From the NCBI GenBank assembly GCA_965644265.1, contig OZ286461.1, positions 106,144,001 to 106,208,000 on the forward strand: DNA of 64,000 nt. Reading direction: 5' to 3'. The position numbers were made by a program, and so were the translations under genes. The stretch comes from Glycera tridactyla. Its lineage: Eukaryota. Numbering within the stretch: position 1 is the first letter of the stretch; each line of letters opens with the position of its first letter. Shown piece after piece: positions 8,901 to 17,600 of this stretch. Under the pieces are notes generated by a model. It saw nothing but the letters and a program-made list of their open reading frames with translations. It was not told where the DNA came from and searched no databases.

Positions 8901-10812
8901 TCATAACTTCTAAGTGTTTTTCATATGTAGGGGTTGTAACAATAATATCGTCCATATATGATGTGACGTATTTTGAGTCCAAAGTGGCTAAACACCTAGA
9001 AATGATGCTTGAAAATATTTCTGGGCTTGAATTTAGGCCCATAGGTGTCTTTGTAAAGGAGTATTTTGCATTGCTGGTATTTATTGTACAAATATCAATA
9101 CTATCTGGTGCCAATTGAACTGCATAGAATGCTGAAGCCAGATCGACTACGGAGAAGACCTTGTTTTTCCCTGCCGCTAAAGTGGCTATAATATCGTTAA
9201 TCGTCGGTATTGGTGATTTTGAGGGAACTATCATTTTGTTCAAATTGGAAAAATCAACCACTAATCTGGGTTTGATGGGTTTACCATCATCATCATACTT
9301 GTATACTACGAAGGTGGGTACACCCAACATAGAATGTGATGGTTTCAATATTCCTGCCTCTACTAATTTTTGAATTTGTTCATTCAAGTCCTTCTCCTGC
9401 TGTGGAGGTAACTTGTATGCCCTCTGATTCACAACTGTTGCTTCTGGCTTTAGTTCTATTCTATGATACACATCTTGTATGACTGCCAACTCGCTCAGGT
9501 CTACGGCAAATGCCTCTCTGTTATTATCTAGAATAGACACTAATTCTTCTCTATACTCGTCAGCCGCAGGTTCCAACGATAATATATCGTCCCAAACGAT
9601 AGGTTTGAAAGTTCGAATCCTAGTCTGGTTCGAAATGTCTACTTCTGTTTGAGTTGATATTTCTCTACTGTTATCGTTTTCTTCCTCCACAACGAAAGGG
9701 GCAGAATAGTCCTGCCGTGGCCATAATACTTGTAATGAGTTTATTTGTTCACCGCTACATGGAAGTGGCGCTGATGGTCTCGCTAATGCTGACCGTTCGC
9801 CTATGTATACAGAACCTGGCATTCCTCTCTCATTAGATGCAGGTCTGGCCACGTTGGCTTGCGCAATGGTAATCCGCGCATCTGAGTCTATATATACGTT
9901 CTTTGAAGTTGGATTCGAAACAGATACCAAGAATGTATTCTTCTGGCTTCTGAAGGCGATTCCCGGAACCGTTGATAGTTGTGGGGTGTTTGTGATTATT
10001 TCATACGAAATATCTAAGGAATCTGGTTCTTTCATGTAATTTGGGGTTATTGTATTCTCACTATCAGCAGTCATATCGATATAACAAGAAATCATTGCGA
10101 TCTCCATAGGTTTCATAATCGTGGAATCTGATGCTCTCAATGTATACGAGCATTCTTTTACCGTTGTCATCAATACGCTGGTGATACCTCCTTCTAAATG
10201 CAATCTGCTCTCTGAATAGTCAATTTTCGCCGCAGTTTGCTGGAGAAATGGTACACCTAAGATGACTTGTAAGGGTATGGCTTCCACTACGAGGAATCTG
10301 ACTAATATTTCCTTACTATTGATAGTTATAGGAATGCTCACTGATCCTATCACTTTCATTTTCTGTGCCTGCGCATCGTATAGTTCTACCTCGTGTTTCG
10401 TGTCTATCTCTCCTCTCAAATCTAACTGTTTCAGCATGTCTTCTGTGATAAGATTAGTTGTAGCTCCTGTATCTACCATAGCCGCTATTTGTGTATGTTT
10501 GATATATATTTTAATAGAGTTAAGTGTACCCAACTTCTGACGTATTCGATTCCTATCACCTGTAGAGAGCGTCAATGATGAATTAACCGTTTCTCTTTTT
10601 GTTATGTTATCATCATTTATTCTTCTGACACTATACACATGCCTACTACTGTTTTCTACATTACTGCCACTACTAATATTTTTCTTATAAAATTTCACTA
10701 CAAATTCTAACAGATCGCAATGATCAGGGAGCGTATGCTCACAATCTATCCCTAATGGACAATCTACCCAATTAAATGCACTCGTGACCCTATTTATGAC
10801 ATGCCCTCTATC
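5875..10812 (-). CDS. pol: Pol polyprotein: aspartic protease, dUTPase-like domain, RT, RNase H, integrase, chromodomain-like C-terminus
   Basis: Uninterrupted frame of 1607 aa in the track plus 38 open codons back to the gag TAG. Motifs: VDTGA (PR), VVDLASAFY/TPMGL/YMDD (RT), DASG...NEKEALA...SDN...VADTLSR (RNase H), H-H-CKAC zinc finger, D-D-E triad (HMDV/VLDR/VERL), KYEGPF. Confidence 0.97.
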   Translation of the reverse strand, partial: DRGHVINRVTSAFNWVDCPLGIDCEHTLPDHCDLLEFVVKFYKKNISSGSNVENSSRHVYSVRRINDDNITKRETVNSSLTLSTGDRNRIRQKLGTLNSIKIYIKHTQIAAMVDTGATTNLITEDMLKQLDLRGEIDTKHEVELYDAQAQKMKVIGSVSIPITINSKEILVRFLVVEAIPLQVILGVPFLQQTAAKIDYSESRLHLEGGITSVLMTTVKECSYTLRASDSTIMKPMEIAMISCYIDMTADSENTITPNYMKEPDSLDISYEIITNTPQLSTVPGIAFRSQKNTFLVSVSNPTSKNVYIDSDARITIAQANVARPASNERGMPGSVYIGERSALARPSAPLPCSGEQINSLQVLWPRQDYSAPFVVEEENDNSREISTQTEVDISNQTRIRTFKPIVWDDILSLEPAADEYREELVSILDNNREAFAVDLSELAVIQDVYHRIELKPEATVVNQRAYKLPPQQEKDLNEQIQKLVEAGILKPSHSMLGVPTFVVYKYDDDGKPIKPRLVVDFSNLNKMIVPSKSPIPTINDIIATLAAGKNKVFSVVDLASAFYAVQLAPDSIDICTINTSNAKYSFTKTPMGLNSSPEIFSSIISRCLATLDSKYVTSYMDDIIVTTPTYEKHLEVMSQLLWRLRQVGLRISPSKAMFMKSEVKYLGYIFNKDGVKADPNKLGALIKLPAPNNVKEVRQLMGTLNFYRRFVRGYAAIAAPINKLLQKDHEFIWTEECQEALDNIKTSLLQNAVLYYPDPAKPFTVYLDASGRAVGAVISQEDEENVTRPVAFISKTLNPSQANYHSNEKEALALVESLKQCELMLGSQTDITVFSDNLTNVYLHNLATKTGRLFRYKMFLNKFNIRVLHKPGKENVVADTLSRITYVEQPMLSMDEEGDNHCLINTTEFLESPVTKKECLMGIRTKPYKPSNEIDSSECEATERRFDMFDTTDKQHGQREKSATPTFPAKTGLQRDARRHAEESCTSSEEDADGNVMSETDIENIADSEGDSSYDKEEKQLGLEDSDDISYEEALLLDETSCIELYTEYMIDERKMALEQATDKDSSFLYQYKLNKSLPETLAHARKIMAEEDKYLLTNSGILCRKFHDNTSNKTFHQIYLPHVRRYEIAALFHHGTHGSHRGFNSLLQIVRQRFYWPGMYEDLAKFVASCKACGQAKRDYNNKKTPLLLRPPASLFEIIHMDVLKVAPTKDKELKVLVIVDRFSKHFEIETIPNEKAETLATYFMKMWIQRFGPTKVVVLDRAAAHTSKTFQYLAEQFSIKLQYITSWHPQANAAVERLHSSILCSLRACMMEFPEKSWTEFLPHVRWSHDISIKSHGFAPYEIMYGLEPTLSGDITKEPPLIRDVPPQEVFPSIWPDLMAIRHIAARNARKNAENMKMRHDTAKKVTYKGFKPGDMVWAKIVTPRVPSQYKVSQKYEGPFIIVSTPKPGFHSLQIHNHNLKHLIPENRLKKFTPEADSTLRGTERTKKDGQNANSERTIGHTQNTEEREKNTESRREKDKESVESETSTLPNIPPVTRRRKRGRTFVNREHAQRNNRSNTDTVSMDPEISFKTKNDSKASAPDMSKLVKVITSTTKNGKVSYMCEWRDKKPTWLRADIVPIEHIRDYNARIEKRKMLKELKAR

Positions 10813-12522
10813 CTAGTGAGAAAAAGGGTTATTTGACCCTGTGTTTCCTGTCGGCCTTGGTCCCTGGGGAGCGTAACCCTGGGAATAGCCTTGGGAATAT
10901 CCTTGAGAATATCCCTGCTGATTTTGCCCATTATATTGTTGGCCTTGAGAATTAAATTGTCCCATGGTCTGGGTCTCTCTTACTCTATTGATGGCTTGAG
11001 CCATAAATCCGTCATGGTGCTGGGGATTAGTAATGTTGACATACGTCTTCATTACTTTGAAACAATTATTTGATGTATGCCCCGGCTTCAAACATGCTTC
11101 ACAGACAGGTGTATTTTCATCTATTTTCTTATTATAATTATTATATGTTCCAGGCCCAGGCGTGCCCCAGGAGGGAGGATCGGACGACGAGTTCGAACTC
11201 TGAGTCAAACTGGTGAGTCTCTTTTTACAGTCCCTGGCTATATGGCCTATCTTACCACAATGGTAGCATGTGATTTTTCTTCTAGTTTCTTGGTCCCCTG
11301 TTGGTCCATTATTTATTAACTCCCTTATTGCGTTCAAAAGTTCTTTGTTTTCGGGAGGTTCTTTCTCCTGTTTCTGAGGGACCTTTTGGTCCTCTTCCCT
11401 TTCTTTTATTATTGGTGTAGTTGATATGGCTGCAACTTTGTCCGTCAATTGCTGCATTTGTTCTGGTAAACTGGATAGTGCCTCTGAACTGGGCAATCTT
11501 TTATCCAATTTATCCATTACTACACTGATAGTCGCATCCATTGTCGACTCCGTAGCTATTTCTTCTAAATTTCCAGCGGTTTCTGCTGCTTCTAATACTG
11601 AATCCACGGTTAATGGATTTGCCATCAACATGTAGTTTTTAGCAACTGGGTTCAACCCAGATAATATAATACTTTTGTATTCACCAAATTGCGCTTGATT
11701 AAAGGCTTGTCCTTGTTTCAATTTGAATAAAAACCTACATTTATTCACTATTCTCATACAAAATTGTTTAGGTGTTTGTGCTGCACCCTGTTTGGTTTTA
11801 TACAATTTAGCCCTAAAGGCAGGCTCACTGTTTCCTTGTACACAGTATTCTGCAAGAAATCTTCTTTCTATTTCCTCGAAAGAAGTGTCTTTTGTCACAT
11901 GGACAGTGCAGTACCATTGCTTCACTGTGTCACTAAGGTTAAATGGAAAGTGTCTGACCTTTTCATAGTCAGACAGTCCGTGTAATGCACAGTATTCATT
12001 GAATAAGTCCAACCATTCAATGGGATTGTTTTTGGCTTGAAATTGCTGTACCTTGACTAGACTCTTATCCTTCACTACGAAGGTATGTTGAGCTTGAGGC
12101 ATAAAATTCGGTGGTTGTGAAGAAGGTGGGCCATGGATGGCCATGTTATGTTCCACCAGTCCTGTTTTGGGACGGGTACCTGCCCCTAATGGGACGTCCC
12201 TAGGCGTGCTTGTCCTTGCACCAAAAGATGTGTGATCAATGTTTGACAAAAATGGATCATAAGTTTCTGGTATATTATATGTGTAGCGAGGGGGAGGGTA
12301 ATATGCATTGTCAAAAGAATGTAATTCACCTGTTCTTTTTTGAGATGGGTTCCTTCTCGTGAATTCCCCTGGCGTAATTCCTTGATTCATATTCTCCTGT
12401 GTCATAATCCCTGTATTTCTGCTTTCTTGTAGTGTAATCCCTGAATTTCCTTTTTCTTGTGGTGTAATTCCTAAATTCCTGTTTCCCTTTTGTTTCAGAG
12501 CCTTCGAAAGCCGTCTATCCAC
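10813..12522 (-). CDS. gag: Gag (capsid-like domain plus two CCHC zinc knuckles)
   Basis: 569-aa frame. Retrotransposon-gag-like segment NNPIEWLDLFNEYCALHGLSDYEKVRHFPFNLSDTVKQWY; knuckles CYHCGKIGHIARDC and CEACLKPGHTSNNC. The track start is GTG, so the true start is uncertain. Confidence 0.92.
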   Translation of the reverse strand: MDRRLSKALKQKGNRNLGITPQEKGNSGITLQESRNTGIMTQENMNQGITPGEFTRRNPSQKRTGELHSFDNAYYPPPRYTYNIPETYDPFLSNIDHTSFGARTSTPRDVPLGAGTRPKTGLVEHNMAIHGPPSSQPPNFMPQAQHTFVVKDKSLVKVQQFQAKNNPIEWLDLFNEYCALHGLSDYEKVRHFPFNLSDTVKQWYCTVHVTKDTSFEEIERRFLAEYCVQGNSEPAFRAKLYKTKQGAAQTPKQFCMRIVNKCRFLFKLKQGQAFNQAQFGEYKSIILSGLNPVAKNYMLMANPLTVDSVLEAAETAGNLEEIATESTMDATISVVMDKLDKRLPSSEALSSLPEQMQQLTDKVAAISTTPIIKEREEDQKVPQKQEKEPPENKELLNAIRELINNGPTGDQETRRKITCYHCGKIGHIARDCKKRLTSLTQSSNSSSDPPSWGTPGPGTYNNYNKKIDENTPVCEACLKPGHTSNNCFKVMKTYVNITNPQHHDGFMAQAINRVRETQTMGQFNSQGQQYNGQNQQGYSQGYSQGYSQGYAPQGPRPTGNTGSNNPFSH

Positions 12523-12528
12523 AACGTT

Positions 12529-12885
12529 TCATACGGACTCCTCATCGTCACCATCATCACTGCTTAGATCCCCACCATCCTCTGCTTCCGTGTCCTCTTC
12601 ATCGTCTTCTTCAGCCGCTTTTTCCCGATCTTCTTCATTTTGCCGCTTGCCAACGTCTTCTGCAGCTTCTTCGCCATCTTTTCCTGCAATTTCTTGATTT
12701 TTGGACAATTCTTTCCCTGCTTTCTTCGTATTTTCGTCATCAGACATGCTTGCCTGCGCTGCTTGACTTTTAAATGTTACCTCGCCGCTACTATCACCTT
12801 CCAGATCACCTAGCTCTCTTCCTCCAGCCCGAACGATCGTCGTCGAACGTGGCGTGTCCGTATACGTTTTTGAAGACTGTTCCAT
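12529..12885 (-). CDS. Acidic 118-aa ORF upstream of, and in frame with, gag (separated by one TGA)
   Basis: ATG start, D/E-rich (EEDDEEDTEAEDGGDLSSDDGDDEESV*); continues in frame as *NVVDRRLSK into gag. Confidence 0.45.
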   Translation of the reverse strand: MEQSSKTYTDTPRSTTIVRAGGRELGDLEGDSSGEVTFKSQAAQASMSDDENTKKAGKELSKNQEIAGKDGEEAAEDVGKRQNEEDREKAAEEDDEEDTEAEDGGDLSSDDGDDEESV

Positions 12886-13187
12886 ATCATACCCGGATTC
12901 TCCACCATATATTATGATGGGCTACCGGTCTGTTGTAGTGTATGCTGCGTGGGGCGGTCGAAGGTACGGATCACCAAATTGCTCGCGTTCTCCTACGTTT
13001 CCTCCCGATGCCAATATGCTTGCAATAAACGATGTGGAGTCCACTTCTTCTTCTCGGTTTTCACTATGAATGACTAGTGTTAGAGTGTCACTATAATTCA
13101 CAAGAGTTCCTGTACGTGGGGGTAAGGTGTATACGAAGTGTAACACAACTCGCTCAAATAGTGATGTATAAAGCAGGCCGTTAAGCT

Positions 13188-13724
13188 CTACTCAGTGAGG
13201 TACTGGATCTTCATGGAGTCGATGTCGTAGCCGTCTGTCTGGTAGTCCGTCCCCTTCCTTGCCCCTGGGTATAACGTCTGGTAGTGCCCGAATTGCAGTA
13301 CCCCGATTTCTCGATTTTCTGGGGATTTTATAGTAAAGTGAGGTATGCCGTTTCTAAGCATATCTCGGCCAATTCTGACGTGTGAGTGGCATGAGTCGTA
13401 TTGGTGACTAATAAGGTGTCCGACATGATCGGGAGGTGCATTCCTCACCGTCTGGGACCATTTTTGGGTTCCTGGGACCCGGCAGTGCCGAGATTTTGAC
13501 CTACAAAACCTACGTCACTTGACTACAGTAAATAGGTCAATTTTGACGTAGGACCGGCAATTTGGCTTGTTCAATGCCTTATATAGAATGTTCTTGACCA
13601 TTTTCCAAGAAATCCGGTGGTTCTGGCGCTTGTAGCTCGTATGATAGCCGCTACTGCGCTTTGAACGTGGTACCCCCTCTAGGAAGTATTGGTCTATTAA
13701 TATTTGCAGCATCAGACTGGCCAT
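13188..13724 (-). pseudogene. Upstream leader ORF(s) of the retroelement, interrupted by a TGA at 13515-13517
   Basis: Track ORFs 13515-13724 and 13188-13448 share a frame and the gap between them is open. The distal part has coding-like codon usage (GTDYQTDGYDIDSMKIQY). Confidence 0.3.
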
Positions 13725-13810
13725 GGGCTAAGCCGCGCTCAGTCTTTTGCCCGCTAGCTTTCGTTCCAATCGGACGTATGTATTGCTAGTTCTACAGGAA
13801 TCATATATAT

Positions 13811-14663
13811 NNNNNNNNNNNNNNNNNNNNNNNNNNNNNNNNNNNNNNNNNNNNNNNNNNNNNNNNNNNNNNNNNNNNNNNNNNNNNNNNNNNNNNNNNN
13901 NNNNNNNNNNNNNNNNNNNNNNNNNNNNNNNNNNNNNNNNNNNNNNNNNNNNNNNNNNNNNNNNNNNNNNNNNNNNNNNNNNNNNNNNNNNNNNNNNNNN
14001 NNNNNNNNNNNNNNNNNNNNNNNNNNNNNNNNNNNNNNNNNNNNNNNNNNNNNNNNNNNNNNNNNNNNNNNNNNNNNNNNNNNNNNNNNNNNNNNNNNNN
14101 NNNNNNNNNNNNNNNNNNNNNNNNNNNNNNNNNNNNNNNNNNNNNNNNNNNNNNNNNNNNNNNNNNNNNNNNNNNNNNNNNNNNNNNNNNNNNNNNNNNN
14201 NNNNNNNNNNNNNNNNNNNNNNNNNNNNNNNNNNNNNNNNNNNNNNNNNNNNNNNNNNNNNNNNNNNNNNNNNNNNNNNNNNNNNNNNNNNNNNNNNNNN
14301 NNNNNNNNNNNNNNNNNNNNNNNNNNNNNNNNNNNNNNNNNNNNNNNNNNNNNNNNNNNNNNNNNNNNNNNNNNNNNNNNNNNNNNNNNNNNNNNNNNNN
14401 NNNNNNNNNNNNNNNNNNNNNNNNNNNNNNNNNNNNNNNNNNNNNNNNNNNNNNNNNNNNNNNNNNNNNNNNNNNNNNNNNNNNNNNNNNNNNNNNNNNN
14501 NNNNNNNNNNNNNNNNNNNNNNNNNNNNNNNNNNNNNNNNNNNNNNNNNNNNNNNNNNNNNNNNNNNNNNNNNNNNNNNNNNNNNNNNNNNNNNNNNNNN
14601 NNNNNNNNNNNNNNNNNNNNNNNNNNNNNNNNNNNNNNNNNNNNNNNNNNNNNNNNNNNNNNN
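13811..14663. other. Assembly gap (others: 15534-15705, 22038-22528, 22890-23096, 43024-43222, 60023-60219)
   Basis: Runs of N. Confidence 1.
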
Positions 14664-17600
14664 ATATACACAGGTAAACAAAACGAACATCGTTGTGGGT
14701 AGATTATTGATCAGCTCATGGAGTAGGTGAAGAAAAGCTTTGCAGGTATGGCAGCGTGACATACGAGGTTTCCTCACAAAAAGGCAGATGCTGCCTGGTG
14801 ATTGAGTGTGCCTCGATGACACACATTCCTGTGATACCCATAATTTGCCTCTGTTGTTCCTGCCTAATGAGGATATATGTAAGACAGATGTAAGACAGGA
14901 TTGCTGGTCTTGACCTCATTTCATGACTGGATGAATACGATAATACTTGGGTAATTCATTCATGCTAGAATTGTCTGTGATGGATCAGATTAGTATAATA
15001 ACATTACCTGACTCTTTCGTCCCTATTTCCATCATCCGCGGTATATAAGTCTAGCGTACGATTCATCAGGTAACGAACAAAGTATAGCGTCCTAGATTGA
15101 TATGAAACGACCACTAGTTGATACGGCCGTTAGTGCAAAAGAGATGAATAGTGACATTCGGATGAGGAGTTTCAGGTTAATTGGGTAGACTACAGCCATC
15201 AGGAGTGCCAGATGGTGGCATGAATGTGAAAGTGTCGCATGATGATTGTACATGTACTCGGTGGAATGTCACGTGAGCCTGTCTAGCCATTGTCGCTTCC
15301 TCACCCACACCCACAATCCCAGAACACACGAACCCAAAAACAACCAGTCTACACTGGACACCAACCAACAACAGGTGCCACCCACAGCGTAAGCCAATAA
15401 ACAGACCATGCTAAGTGTGCCAACCACAATCTGTCTCTACTTGTGCCTACTTTTGCCAACAATTCCAGAATTATACAAACGAATACACTAAAGCCTCAAT
15501 AAACATTGGGGACCCTCTCCATTGTGTTCGTTCNNNNNNNNNNNNNNNNNNNNNNNNNNNNNNNNNNNNNNNNNNNNNNNNNNNNNNNNNNNNNNNNNNN
15601 NNNNNNNNNNNNNNNNNNNNNNNNNNNNNNNNNNNNNNNNNNNNNNNNNNNNNNNNNNNNNNNNNNNNNNNNNNNNNNNNNNNNNNNNNNNNNNNNNNNN
15701 NNNNNTAGCGTGTTTTCCTCCTGGAGCTCATGGGCACTTCACATAGGCGTGTTCATCAAAACCTAGAAAGAATTGAGGTCATAAAGTCAAGGTGGAAAAG
15801 CCAGGCTGGACAAACATGTCTTGGTACTAGGCACTGAACGAAGGTGCAAACCTAAATTTCGGAAGGAGAGAGTCGTGTCGTATGAGGTTGGAGCAGCCCA
15901 AAAATTGGGAGGCGTTCCTATTTATGAGAATGTATTCAAGTGTGAGAGGGTGTTTCGCCGAGAAGACTGTTTTTATATGTAGCCCTCTTGGCTATGTTTG
16001 CGCACGCCGAATGAATGCAATAGCAAATAGAAGCGAGATGATCCAGGAACTGTCTATAGAGATGTAGGGGGAGCCGAGATCGGAACCCTCTTGTAGGCAA
16101 GCAGCATGCACAGCGAGCTCTAGTTTACAAGTCTGTTATTCCTTCAACCATAGCAAACATGGTACAAACAGTACAAACAAGTTACAAACAGGCTATGGGA
16201 AAGAATGAGAAGCTGCTGGATGAATCTACCTAGTTGACCACGTAGTAGAGACAGATGATCTGCCTGCTCTGTCTCTCTCTCCTCATATTCATAGGTTTCA
16301 CTAGGGGTTGCAGCACCACCACATCTTAAATACAATGGAATCAATAGAAATCGCCCTCCGGTGTTTCAGCGTTAGGGAAAATGCCACATAGATGTGAGTT
16401 TACCCATGAATTTCGTTGTGATATAGAGCAGTTGCGTCAGGTAGCAGGGCAAGCCGTGGGGAGCCTTTAGGCGAGGGGTGGGATCTCGAATATTATTCGG
16501 GTTTCAACAGGAAGCCAGTGAATTTATTCTCAGGATAGATTGTTAGTCATGAGCAGCCTTTCTTGCTGAAGGTAATTGTAAATCCAGTAGACCCAGGAAA
16601 ATTAGTTGGATATATCTGCATTGACTATTCAGGGGTATCGTGATAGGGATTCTGACGAAATCTTGACGGATTTGTTAGATATCATATGGATCAGATGCCC
16701 TCTAGAAATCAATACCAGATGTTGTTGATTGTGCCTATGAATCATCGTGATTAGTTGGGGATTAGTCTGGATCAAAATGTGTATAGGGCGCCTATGTGGG
16801 GACGTCCTGCAGCTAATCAGATGATGTCATACAACTGAAGACCTGACATTCACCATATTCTGTATGTGAAGTTGCTGGATGTGTTCAAGCACGACTCATC
16901 GGCACAGAATTCGTAGTACGAAATGGAATAGACGGAGAGACATTTGTCAAATCAATTATGATCGAACAAGATGCCATGGTCACGGCAAAGTTCGACACAT
17001 TCTGAGCCTCTGTCCAGAGTAAATATTGGTACACAATGATGGATTTGTGTATGTGTGGGAGAGGGGGCAGAACTCAAGTGCAACAATATAAACACAATAG
17101 GGTTGGTAGATGAATATGGTATCAAAATTACGACAAGGTCATAGAAATATGTCATGCAAACCACATTCCTCATTCTATACATATGATGCACATTTGTTTC
17201 TAGTAACGGAAAGACGACTGCTCCATTGTTACACTGGTAATGTCGAGAGGCCCAACCCTCACAAACCTATGATGAAATTGATGATTTGCTATGCGATTTC
17301 ATAACTGTATGACATTTTTTGTCACTTCCTTCCAAACTTCAATGACAGTATATAATATCCCTACTCATGCACATGTTGCGTTGTTGAATGTGTAAGACAT
17401 ATGTGAATATTGTGATGATGATTTGTAGACATATTATATGATGGCGGAATGAGATAGTATGATATAGATTGATGAGCTTCTCCTCAACTTTTCCCTCCAG
17501 GCATCGGCTCGTAATGAGTTGCTTGTGATTGAGACATCAATGCACAGGATTTGCGTAGAAAGACTCTATCACGGATCACAAAAGCGTTGTATCAAGTATA

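Larger units (their letters stand above)
800..13810 (-). mobile_element. Env-bearing Ty3/Gypsy LTR retroelement (endogenous retrovirus-like); boundaries approximate, LTRs not located
   Basis: Collinear gag (10813-12522), pol (5875-10812) and env (1957-4748) on the minus strand, with Gypsy domain order PR-RT-RH-IN. The 5' side runs into a (TA)n-flanked N gap at 13811. No second copy of the 1-800 sequence was seen in the window. Confidence 0.92.

Noticed and set aside
10699-10812. MLV-like readthrough pseudoknot, or a third zinc finger (CPLGIDCEHTLPDHC), just after the gag stop
   Set aside because: Only 3-5-bp stems were found, and the Cys/His spacing fits no canonical finger.
13728-14822. Long ORFs spanning N-runs (also 15415-15766, 21861-23165, 42845-43323, 59834-60440)
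   Set aside because: Artefacts of translating assembly gaps as X.
15700-16900. Protein-like plus-strand fragments (GEGWDLEYYSGFNRKP, LLKVIVNPVDPGKLVGYICIDY)
   Set aside because: Frequent stops and frame changes and no recognisable motif; cannot be separated from chance by eye.
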